Virus record (IMG/VR): IMGVR_UViG_3300045988_115953
Reading direction: 5' to 3' (one strand)
DNA from: a virus
Length of the DNA stretch: 64,000 nt
Shown here in pieces: positions 33,833-41,984 of this stretch. The notes under the pieces were generated by a model that saw nothing but the letters and a program-made list of their open reading frames with translations, searched no databases and had not been told where the DNA came from. The translations under genes and the position numbers were made by a program. Every line of letters begins with the position of its first letter. Positions within the stretch are counted from its first letter, which is position 1.

Positions 33833-34261
33833 TTATTTATATGTCATTGCTCTTTCTTTTGTAACGTCACGAGCGAGAACCTTCGCTCCATCACAGAAGT
33901 CCTGATTAAACAGAAAATCCTCTTCTTCGTCAGAGAGAGCCGGAACACACTCGCAGTTGTCAGACATCGGAGACGTCTTGTAATATTCTTCTCCTTTTAT
34001 AGTCACAACATCGTCACTCTTGTATAAGTCCGCATCTTCGGGATTTACCGATGAGCAAAGCACATACACAGGGTTGTCTTTGAAATCTCTCTCATATAAA
34101 ACCGTGCCGTTAGGAATAAACACCATGAGATCGTTGTCATACTTGAAAAAACACTTCTCGGCACCTCCGTCAAAATACCTTGCCGGTACAATCCGACAGT
34201 TCGGTACAACATGGATGTTCTTACCCAAGTCTTCGATTATCGTATATAATTCGTTCTCCAT
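33833..34261 (-). CDS. hypothetical acidic protein
   Basis: 142-aa ORF preceded by the conserved 5'-UTR hairpin shared with the next cassette. Confidence 0.5.
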   Translation of the reverse strand: MENELYTIIEDLGKNIHVVPNCRIVPARYFDGGAEKCFFKYDNDLMVFIPNGTVLYERDFKDNPVYVLCSSVNPEDADLYKSDDVVTIKGEEYYKTSPMSDNCECVPALSDEEEDFLFNQDFCDGAKVLARDVTKERAMTYK

Positions 34262-34335
34262 ATAATCCCGCTTGCCGTGTTGCGGTAGGGCTTGGTTAAT
34301 GGTGCCAGGGCGAGCCTGGCGGTTTTAGGCGGGGA

Positions 34336-34878
34336 TTATAGTTTATGGTAATTACGAAGATGCCCGCTTGGTGCTCCGTACTGGAATCGAGTGACTTGTT
34401 CGCCTCTACATTCAATAGGGCTGTCGAGCGTGATTGTGGTGGCTGTCTTGCCGTCACAGTCGTACTGGTTGCAGGTGTAGCCGATGGTCATGGAAGGAAG
34501 CTGCCACACGCCCCAGTTGATATCGTTGAGATAGCGGAGGAGGATGCGGATGTTGCCAATCGTGGATTCGACAGTTTCTCCTGTAAATACTGCGAGGTAT
34601 TCTTCCTCGTGCCGTTTCTTGTTTGCGAGTGCTAATTGCCGGGAGTGTTGTCTGTCTTGCTCGTTACGAAGAAGCAGCTGCTTGCGGTCTTCTGCGAACT
34701 GCTCGTCGGTGACATCCTTACACTTCGCGAGGATGGCATCAATGCCGCCCTGCGAGACGATGAAGGAGCCGGCGTTTTCCAGTGGCTTCATAGTTGATGC
34801 CTTGGTGATGAGCAATGTTCCGTCGGGATTCTGCTCGACAAGGAAGCTCTTCTTGCTTGTGAAATACATTTTCTTCAT
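34336..34878 (-). CDS. hypothetical protein
   Basis: Start refined to ATG 34878 (MKKMYFTSKKSF). Same conserved 5'-UTR hairpin. Confidence 0.5.
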   Translation of the reverse strand: MKKMYFTSKKSFLVEQNPDGTLLITKASTMKPLENAGSFIVSQGGIDAILAKCKDVTDEQFAEDRKQLLLRNEQDRQHSRQLALANKKRHEEEYLAVFTGETVESTIGNIRILLRYLNDINWGVWQLPSMTIGYTCNQYDCDGKTATTITLDSPIECRGEQVTRFQYGAPSGHLRNYHKL

Positions 34879-34946
34879 AATTATTCCGTTTGCCGTGTTA
34901 CGGGAGGGCTTGGTTATATAGGGCCTCCGAAGAGGCTGTTTTAGGG

Positions 34947-35546
34947 TTAGACGAGGGTGACGGTGTAGGCGTGGTGTGGCAGCTGTTTGTATTGACCAAA
35001 CCATGTCTTATATTTGCGCGAAACGATGAAGCCGAGCATCTTGAGAAGACCGATGGCATTGGTGGCGTATGGCTCGTCTATGACGATGAATGGGGAGTCA
35101 GAAGAATCGGCGCCAATAACGTCTTTTATAAATTTAGGGTAAGGGTACTCGTTTATAATTTGTTCATACCTCTCTTCGTCGCAATATTCTTCTTCTGCCC
35201 AAATACAGGTAGCATCTGTCCTTACATAGTCTCTCCACCATTCCCGGTGCATTTCATAATATTTGACGATTTCTCCATCCTCGTTTTCTTCCTCTTTCCA
35301 AATCTCTTTGTTGACTATCTCAATATAACGCGTGACTACGGGGACAGTGGAAATGAAAAGGGGGGCTTTGGGGGCGTTATTGTAATCAAGAAAACGCATT
35401 GTTCTGATTGTGAGCTTTGCTGACACGTCATTGTCGCGGAAGAACTCGACCACCGCGTTCTGGAATGCAGACGTGTCGAAGGGTGGGGCTTTGAAGCCTT
35501 TCTCTTTAAGGATGTCCTGTGCCCGGACTAATTTGGTTACTGACAT
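34947..35546 (-). CDS. hypothetical protein
   Basis: 199-aa ORF with a CAATTATG start context. Confidence 0.5.
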   Translation of the reverse strand: MSVTKLVRAQDILKEKGFKAPPFDTSAFQNAVVEFFRDNDVSAKLTIRTMRFLDYNNAPKAPLFISTVPVVTRYIEIVNKEIWKEEENEDGEIVKYYEMHREWWRDYVRTDATCIWAEEEYCDEERYEQIINEYPYPKFIKDVIGADSSDSPFIVIDEPYATNAIGLLKMLGFIVSRKYKTWFGQYKQLPHHAYTVTLV

Positions 35547-36229
35547 AATTGTTTTATTGTTTGGTTGATAGCGGCGAAGGAGGAGATGTGTGTGCCTCGC
35601 TACACCTCTTCAGGCTGGCTGTGCTAAGATTGTGAATACAAAGGTAGTGATTTTGCGGTTATCGGGCAGTCTTTTGGTGATGTTTTTTTTCAAGGAAAAG
35701 CGGACACGCTCTGAGGATGTGTTGCATTTCTGTAAGTGAATGATCGAAGACCGTTCTGAGAAACAGATCTATACCGGCAGATGCTGCTGGTAAAGATCTG
35801 TTGATGCAAACAGTCTGGAGTGAATGAATCCTCCTTGCGTGTCCTGCGGGATGCAATTCCCGTGGTGCGGACTTCTCATGAGTGGCGGCACATGGCTGTA
35901 GGTGTGTGATGTATCCAGAACGTGTGCGGGATGTGTGAGGCGGATGCCGCCTTGAACATCCCGCATTAAAGCTCTGGATGCTGAACGGGATTCTTTTGAA
36001 GAACGCTTCCCTGTGCTTGGGATGGTTGAGAGGCTGAGCCTTGCTGAGCCTATCTGAGGGGCGGCTGTGATGTCTTGGCACGTGTCTGTAGGTGAATGAT
36101 GTTGCCTGCGTAGCAGAAGGCAGCGGTCCCAGTGGGTAACACTCGGGACCGTGCCTTCTTGCTATTGCCGGTAGCTGAATGTGACATCCTTGCTGCGCGA
36201 TGCCCTGTGCCGGGCTGGTGATGCGGCTC
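35547..36229. ncRNA. ORF-free structured segment downstream of the RT (three box+hairpin modules A-C)
   Basis: 683 nt with only out-of-context ORFs. Conserved boxes at 35730-35744, 35896-35910 and 36086-36100, each adjacent to a long composite hairpin (e.g. AGAAGGCACGGTCCC/GGGACCG-C-TGCCTTCT at ~36109-36153). Strand of any transcript unknown. Confidence 0.4.
36026..36061 (+). repeat. 10-bp-phased RRGCCT array
   Basis: GAGGCT-GAGCCT-TGCT-GAGCCT-ATCT-GAGGGG, inside the RT-downstream ORF-free segment. Confidence 0.5.
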
Positions 36230-37495
36230 TTAGAGGTTGGCTACGAGGGTGTCGTAGGCGGCTTTGCTGGTAAGCAGGGCCTTGCGTGCGCAGCCTAATG
36301 TGAGATAGCCGGTGATGATGGGGGCGGTCTTGCTGCGGTTGGCGGTGACGTTTCGTCCTCGTCCCCGCTGTATGCAGCCGACCTGCTGATTCTTGACGAA
36401 CCCTATGCCTCCTATCTTTCGCTTGCCCGTCTTGACGGCTCGGAGGCAGTCCATGACGAACGTGTTGAGCGTATAGACGTCCTCTTCGGCGTTGATGATG
36501 GGCAGGACCTGCGTGGACCATGAATGTCCTTCGTACCCCTTGTAGAGATAGCGGTTGACGGAGTTTATGGCTTTTTGCAGGGTGACGTCACGCTTCTTGA
36601 CTGTGCGCTTCTCGATTTCCTTCTGGAATGTCTTGATGCGCGTGGACGAGAGCGAGATGCTGCTGCCCTTGATGGAGAATCCGAGGAACTTGAACCAATG
36701 GTCAGCGTCGAGGAATTCTACCTTCTTGGGATTGAGCTTCATCTGCATCTTCGCCAGCTCCTCCTCCATGATGCGCTTGGCTTCCTGCCAGTCCTCGCCC
36801 ACGAAGATGGCGTCGTCCGAATAACGGCAGTAGACGCCGCGCAGACGGGACAGGCGCTCGTCAATGTGATAGAGGACCACGTCGGCAAGCCATGAGGCTA
36901 CGCTGCATCCCTGCTTGAGCGACTGGTATCTCTCGGAGAGAGTGCCGTCGGTATCGAAATAGAGATTGCAGTGGTAGTAAGCGCGTAGGACGTCTATCAG
37001 AGCGGAATGACCGTGACGAAGCTCTACCTGATCGAACGCCCAGTCGATGTACGACAGGAGCACCGTATCGAAATACTTGGACAGGTCGGACTTGAAGCCT
37101 CCGATGCGTCCTTTCGCGAAGGATATATGTCGGGATATGTTCTGTACGACGCGTCCGCATCCGATGCCCTTCTGATATGATGTGCAGCAGGGATGGACCA
37201 TTTCGGGTGTCAGCTCGAAGAGGAGGTCGTTGGCAATGGAGAGGAGTATGCGGTCGGCAGGCTCGTTGATGTAGACGGTGCGGAATTCTCCGTTGTCCTT
37301 CGGTATGAGAGCCGTGTGAGGTGGCATTATCCTGTACTTGCCGTCGCGTATCTTCTGATACATCAAGGCACGTGCCTCGGGTGTGGTGAGCTGATAGAGC
37401 GTGGCTTTGTTGATGTCCTTGTCGAGTCCTTTCTGTATGGCGTACTGCCAACGCTCGGACTGGAAGGCCATCTGTAAGATTTTGTCTTCTTTCAT
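36230..37495 (-). CDS. reverse transcriptase (orphan; class not assignable by eye)
   Basis: 421 aa with RT motifs: IPKDNGEFRTV (1), ADRILLSIANDLL (2), GFKSDLSKYFDTV (3/A), LKQGCSVASWLADVVL (4/B), YCRYSDDAIFVG (5/C, YxDD), LNPKKVEFL (6), FKFLGFSI (7). Has a ~135-aa C-terminal extension. Confidence 0.85.
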   Translation of the reverse strand: MKEDKILQMAFQSERWQYAIQKGLDKDINKATLYQLTTPEARALMYQKIRDGKYRIMPPHTALIPKDNGEFRTVYINEPADRILLSIANDLLFELTPEMVHPCCTSYQKGIGCGRVVQNISRHISFAKGRIGGFKSDLSKYFDTVLLSYIDWAFDQVELRHGHSALIDVLRAYYHCNLYFDTDGTLSERYQSLKQGCSVASWLADVVLYHIDERLSRLRGVYCRYSDDAIFVGEDWQEAKRIMEEELAKMQMKLNPKKVEFLDADHWFKFLGFSIKGSSISLSSTRIKTFQKEIEKRTVKKRDVTLQKAINSVNRYLYKGYEGHSWSTQVLPIINAEEDVYTLNTFVMDCLRAVKTGKRKIGGIGFVKNQQVGCIQRGRGRNVTANRSKTAPIITGYLTLGCARKALLTSKAAYDTLVANL

Positions 37496-37556
37496 AATTC
37501 TTTGGATTTTATGGTTAATAGAGCGTGAAACATAATGTTTTACGCAGTTTTTGGCG

Positions 37557-37883
37557 GTGAGGCTCAGAGGAGCGGTGCCTGGATATAAACGGATGATCTG
37601 GTACTGTCATCTGTAGTGACGTCGCCGGGATGATATGGCCGGCGACGTCCCGATTGTGACAGTGCCGATGAATGTTCTTCTGCCTCCTCACGGGAAGGAC
37701 GACAAATCCTTTGCGGTGCAGCCGTGGGCTTGGAGTCTGGCTGTAGGCGAATGATCTGACGACTGCGGTTCGAGGTCAGGACCCAGCCACGGTAATCGAC
37801 CTGGCTGGTTCCTGAGTCTCAGAGAGCAGCGTGTGAACGATGCACACCCACTGCACGGCGGTGACTTTCGGGGTGATGACGAA
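37557..37883. ncRNA. ORF-free structured segment occupying one gene slot upstream of the RT (module D plus nested hairpin)
   Basis: 327 nt between a canonical boundary hairpin (GCGTGAAAC/GTTTTACGC, ~37523-37545) and the stop of 37884-38897. Nested hairpin at 37600-37666 (outer GGTACTGTCA/TGACAGTGCC, inner GACGTCGCCGG/CCGGCGACGTC). Box at 37741-37755. Confidence 0.4.
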
Positions 37884-38897
37884 CTATCGGTCAGCCCACT
37901 CGTCAATCTTGGCGCTCACGGACATTTCAGAGTCGGCGATGAGCTGCTTGAGCACGCCCAGCAAGCGCCATCCCTCATCTGCGCGGGCATACTCGGCAGT
38001 CTTGCTTTCGAGATAATCAATAGTCTTGGTTGTGTGCATCGTGCTGTGAGGACCCTGCTTGAAGCGTGCTCCGTGGAACAGGACCATGTTGCGCATGGTG
38101 AAGTAAGCACCGGAACCCTTGTAGGCGTTGATGAACGCCTCGGACTGCTTGGTGTCGGCAGGGAGACGCTTCATAAGCTTGTTGAACTTGACAACAAGAC
38201 GATAGAGACGTTCTCCGTTGACGTCATTCATTGCAAGGGCAAGGTCGCGGAAAGGGCTGTAAAGCTTGGACTCCAAGTCAGAGACGAAGATATTCTCTCT
38301 GCTAAGACGCACGTAGGGCTTGCCCTTGCAAGTGTGAGTGCCTTGGCGCAACAGCTTTTCGATGTAAGAGCGGAGCTTCTGAACATAGTCGAACACCATG
38401 TATGAAGCTACCCTGCCGTTGAACCAAAGGGCACGCTGCTCGTAGCAGACCTTGTCCTTGTGCTTGAGCATCTTGTACTGGTCGAGCAGTTCCTTCTCAA
38501 GCATGCGCCACTGATAGGCGTAGCCCTTGTCCTGCAAGAGGGCGTTGAAGGAGACGTTCTGATGCTCCATGCGGTCGAGCATGTGGAACATCTGTGACAT
38601 TACCCAACGGCGGTAGAGCGTGTAGTTGCGGATGTGACCTCCTCCTGCGATGCTCGCGAAGACGGGATCGTCGTCCGTAACCTGTACGGGGACTCCGTCA
38701 ACGACCTTGACGACCATCTCCTCTCCCATGGGAAAGTAGTTGGAAACGTCTACGCCTGCTGTCTTGAGAGCTGCGATGCGTGCTGCCGCTGACTTTGCCT
38801 TTGGGGCTGTTGTGTTCTGCGACTGTGCCTGTGTGTCGGCGTTAGCTACCTCTGTCATTGTGAACTCACCTGAAATGATAAGATTTCTCTTTTTCAT
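37884..38897 (-). CDS. hypothetical protein
   Basis: 337-aa ORF with a GAATTATG start context. No family recognised. Confidence 0.55.
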   Translation of the reverse strand: MKKRNLIISGEFTMTEVANADTQAQSQNTTAPKAKSAAARIAALKTAGVDVSNYFPMGEEMVVKVVDGVPVQVTDDDPVFASIAGGGHIRNYTLYRRWVMSQMFHMLDRMEHQNVSFNALLQDKGYAYQWRMLEKELLDQYKMLKHKDKVCYEQRALWFNGRVASYMVFDYVQKLRSYIEKLLRQGTHTCKGKPYVRLSRENIFVSDLESKLYSPFRDLALAMNDVNGERLYRLVVKFNKLMKRLPADTKQSEAFINAYKGSGAYFTMRNMVLFHGARFKQGPHSTMHTTKTIDYLESKTAEYARADEGWRLLGVLKQLIADSEMSVSAKIDEWADR

Positions 38898-38995
38898 AAT
38901 TCAAAGATTTAAAATTGTTAATAATGTTGGTTGATTGGTGGGCGAGGGGATGCCTCGTCCTGTTTTTGGGGGTGAGAATGGCAGGGGGATAGGAT

Positions 38996-39035
38996 TGGCC
39001 TCACTGGGCCTGCCTAAGCCTTACTAAGCCTTTTG
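38996..39035 (+). repeat. 10-bp-phased RRGCCT array (4 units)
   Basis: TGGCCT-CACT-GGGCCT-GCCT-AAGCCT-TACT-AAGCCT-TTTG. Confidence 0.6.
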
Positions 39036-39043
39036 GGGTGTCC

Positions 39044-39499
39044 TTAATCTTCTTTTGACTTTGGCTCTACCCATTGTCGGAGGATGATGAGGTCCTTGTC
39101 GTTCGGGGACTGCCAAAACCAGCTGCCCCACTTGCTTTGCCATTGGAGCTGTCCGTCAAACAACATGAGAAGGACGAAGACTTCGAGCTGGCAGCGTGCC
39201 ACTTCGCGAGAAACACCGTAGAGCATATCGTGGTCAGAGAGGTCTTTCTCAGGGAGAGCCTTGAAATAGCTGCGTCGGTGTGACTCGGACCGCTCAGAGG
39301 GGATGGAGTGCTTGTACTGCTGGTAATACCTTTCGATTTCGCGGAGCATAACGGACCCGTTGAGAGGGAGGATGTTGACATCGTCGAGACTGACAAACTC
39401 TCTGTCCAGACGGAGTGTGCGCTTCTCGAAATTGACGGTGAAACGTGAGCCGAGTTCTACGGCTTGTGAGACGTTAAGCATAAATTGCGTGTGTGTCAT
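39044..39499 (-). CDS. hypothetical protein
   Basis: Start refined to ATG 39499 (MTHTQFMLNV), with an AGAATTATG context. Confidence 0.5.
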   Translation of the reverse strand: MTHTQFMLNVSQAVELGSRFTVNFEKRTLRLDREFVSLDDVNILPLNGSVMLREIERYYQQYKHSIPSERSESHRRSYFKALPEKDLSDHDMLYGVSREVARCQLEVFVLLMLFDGQLQWQSKWGSWFWQSPNDKDLIILRQWVEPKSKED

Positions 39500-39532
39500 A
39501 ATTCTTGATGTTTTGGTTTGTTGGCGGTACAC

Positions 39533-39866
39533 TCAAAGGGAATGTCGCATGGCTATATGACGTTGATGTTATCCCGTGTGAAGCACGCGGAGATGTCTGA
39601 GTGATAGCTTCAGACATCTCGCGTATCTCGTACGGGGGAACCAAATAATCCCTCCTTGTGTACCCATTCAGGCTGCGATACCTATTGCTGGCTCATAATC
39701 ATGTCTTGATGGTTGATGATGTGGCGTGACGAAGACTTGGCGCATTACTGTAGGTCGTTGATGTATCCAGCGGTAGACTCATCCGGGTAGTGTCCCGGAT
39801 GAGACGCTGGAGACTGAATCCTGTCTTCGCTCACGCCTGTTTTAGGCTGCGCTACCTTGGCTTAGG
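39533..39866. ncRNA. ORF-free structured segment occupying one gene slot (module E)
   Basis: 334 nt. Contains an 11-bp hairpin GAGATGTCTGA/TCAGACATCTC (39590-39620), a box at 39736-39763, and a nested hairpin at 39767-39810 (CCAGCG...CATCCGGG/CCCGGATG...CGCTGG). Confidence 0.4.
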
Positions 39867-40088
39867 TTATAACTGCTGCCATTTGGTTGTGCCGTTGGCC
39901 TCCTCTGTGCGGTAGTAATCTTGGTCTTCTTCGACTTCGATGCAGTTGTCTACATAATCGTCACTTGTCAGCACGATGTCGTTTTTGAGATAAGCATCTC
40001 TTACACGCTGTACAGCTTCTGCTTCGCTGTCGGCATTCACACTTACCACCTTGTTGAGAAACTCGGTGATTGATACATAATACTTCAT
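39867..40088 (-). CDS. small acidic hypothetical protein
   Basis: Start refined to ATG 40088 (MKYYVSITEFL), 73 aa. Confidence 0.45.
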   Translation of the reverse strand: MKYYVSITEFLNKVVSVNADSEAEAVQRVRDAYLKNDIVLTSDDYVDNCIEVEEDQDYYRTEEANGTTKWQQL

Positions 40089-40165
40089 ATTTGTTTTTTT
40101 ATTTGGTTGAACTTGCAGAGGGATTACTCCCTCGGTTTTTAGGCTGCAACACTCGGCTGCAATTT

Positions 40166-40846
40166 TTAAAGTTGGGCAGGGCTTACTGTCCGCACGCTGT
40201 AATAAGGTGTATTGAAGGGGTATTTGACCTCGTTGACGCAATACATCACGGAGGGCGTGCTCATAGTGAGCGTGTCTTGACAAATGACATTGGCGTTCAT
40301 GCCGTGAGCCATGAGATTGAGGGCGCACATCTTGCAGGCTATGGGGTCAACGTCTTGTGCAATGTATCGGAAACGGCGTCCTGCCGAATGGTCGAGGCTG
40401 CTCTTCTCCATATAATGAGCGAGAAGAAGGCGACCGCTGCCAGAGGCGCAGTCGTTGACTATACCGCTCTGCTTTTCGTTCAACGAAGATATGCGTGACA
40501 TGATGTCGGCTACGCTTGGCGGTGTGAAAAACTGTCCTGTATGGGACGCCTTGCCACGTGTGAGATACAACTCCTCGTAGAGTATGCCGAACACGTCAAG
40601 CCACTTGCCTTGCTCCATAGCTGTAGCAACGTCTGTGAGCCACAGGGTAGCGAGACCGGCAAATTCGGGACACTTTTGTGTGCAGTCAAGAAGATGCTGA
40701 TGATAGGTGTCGGGACCGGACTGGAAAGCCTTTACGCTGAAAAACTCGAGCAGATAGTCGAGAAAATCGTTAAGGGCCAACTCGTGAGGACGATGATTCA
40801 TTTCTGCCTGTGCAGAAATGATTTCGATGTACTTTTTCTTTTCCAT
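40166..40846 (-). CDS. N6-adenine DNA-methyltransferase-like SAM-binding domain protein (apparently truncated before the NPPY/F motif)
   Basis: TGQFFTPPSVADIM (motif X-like), NDCASGSGRLL (motif I) and CKMCALNLMAHGM fit HsdM/N6_Mtase. The ORF ends ~25 aa later and no NPP(Y/F) is seen. Confidence 0.55.
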   Translation of the reverse strand: MEKKKYIEIISAQAEMNHRPHELALNDFLDYLLEFFSVKAFQSGPDTYHQHLLDCTQKCPEFAGLATLWLTDVATAMEQGKWLDVFGILYEELYLTRGKASHTGQFFTPPSVADIMSRISSLNEKQSGIVNDCASGSGRLLLAHYMEKSSLDHSAGRRFRYIAQDVDPIACKMCALNLMAHGMNANVICQDTLTMSTPSVMYCVNEVKYPFNTPYYSVRTVSPAQL

Positions 40847-40922
40847 AATTCTTGTTTTTTAATGGTTGATGGTGCCACGCACAAAGGCGTGGCGGTTTTC
40901 AGGCTGCTCCGTAAGTCCTTTT

Positions 40923-41912
40923 TTAGGCTGTTTCGGAATCGACGTAGCTGCGTGCCGTATCGTAAATCTCGGCAATCTGTTTTTTATCAAGACGATAGTA
41001 GCCCTTAATATTGTCCGAAAATTCTTCGAGCGTAAGCTTCGGGTCGTTATAGAGGGACTCGCAACAATATTCGAGACACTCGTCGTAATCCCAACACGTG
41101 CAGTAACGCTCCCAATAGTTGTCGCTGCCATAGCTGGCACAGCCGCATTCTTCGTCAGGTTCGTAAGGATAGACGGACGTGCAATGCTCGATAAGGTGGC
41201 AGACAAAGCTGTAACACTTCTGGACATCCTCGATAACTGTGAACTCATGGTCGGTGTGCGGTTCGTAATAACCGCAGGACATATTGATACACGATACGGT
41301 GACGCCATTGCTGCGCAATGCCTCGACATCGGTCATAAGACCCGTGCTGACGGCATATCCGTAGCTTGTGCAGTCGGCATCCTTGATGAACTCGTCCGAA
41401 CAGATACTGTCAAAGGAAATACTTGTGACCATATCGCTGTTGCCGCGACGGTCGATCTGAGCACAGAAGCGACAATCGCTGAAGAAGCTGATGTCGGCGG
41501 CACTTGAGCCTACGCATCCAATCTCTTCGCCCACGAAGAACGCACACTTGAGAACGTCGTAACGCTCAAGGCATTGCAGGGCGATGAATATGCCGTTCTT
41601 GTCGTCGGCACCGAGACCGCACTGCTTGCGGACTTTTGGCGAGTAGCCGAAGATGACTCCTTGGCTCTCAACGCACACGAAGTCCTTGGGGTGAAGATGC
41701 TGCACCTGATCCATGTGTGCGCACAGGCAAGGATAGCTCTCTGCCTCGCCTTTGGTGACGAAGAGATTGCCGTACTCGTCCTGTGTGACAATGGCTGAGG
41801 GAACAGTTTTCTTGATGTGTTTCTTGATGAAACGACGCATGCGCTTTTCTTCGTCACTTGGCGAGAATACGCAATAAAGACTCTTGAGCAGGTCAAAATT
41901 CAATTCTTTCAT
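40923..41912 (-). CDS. M42/M20-type metallopeptidase-like protein with Cys/Tyr/acidic C-terminal extension
   Basis: Metal-ligand-like motifs CAHMDQV, GADDKNG and GEEIGCVGS. The last ~90 aa are rich in C, Y, D and E. Confidence 0.5.
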   Translation of the reverse strand: MKELNFDLLKSLYCVFSPSDEEKRMRRFIKKHIKKTVPSAIVTQDEYGNLFVTKGEAESYPCLCAHMDQVQHLHPKDFVCVESQGVIFGYSPKVRKQCGLGADDKNGIFIALQCLERYDVLKCAFFVGEEIGCVGSSAADISFFSDCRFCAQIDRRGNSDMVTSISFDSICSDEFIKDADCTSYGYAVSTGLMTDVEALRSNGVTVSCINMSCGYYEPHTDHEFTVIEDVQKCYSFVCHLIEHCTSVYPYEPDEECGCASYGSDNYWERYCTCWDYDECLEYCCESLYNDPKLTLEEFSDNIKGYYRLDKKQIAEIYDTARSYVDSETA

Positions 41913-41984
41913 AATTCTATTGTTTTTAAATCTAAATTGGTTGTACTTGGAAGGCAGGAGGAGGAAGGTCCTCCCGCCTTGGTT

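Noticed and set aside
36162-37451. ORFs 36162-36521 and 36861-37451 (Arg/His-rich)
   Set aside because: These are alternative frames of the RT gene and of its 3' flank, with an implausible composition.
36230-37495. Diversity-generating retroelement (DGR) RT
   Set aside because: Motif 4 reads QGCSVASWLAD rather than the DGR-type (I/L)GxxxSQ. No Avd-like gene is present. No template/variable repeat pair (a ~100-bp near-duplicate with A-specific differences) is visible near the RT or at the 3' ends of the fibre genes.
35547-37883. Group II intron (RT as intron-encoded protein)
   Set aside because: No GUGYG 5' end and no recognisable domain V hairpin (AGC triad / GNRA loop) downstream. The upstream RNA-like region is too short for domains I-III. 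RT motif 4 lacks the conserved QGSPLSP pattern, and no maturase/En domains were recognised.
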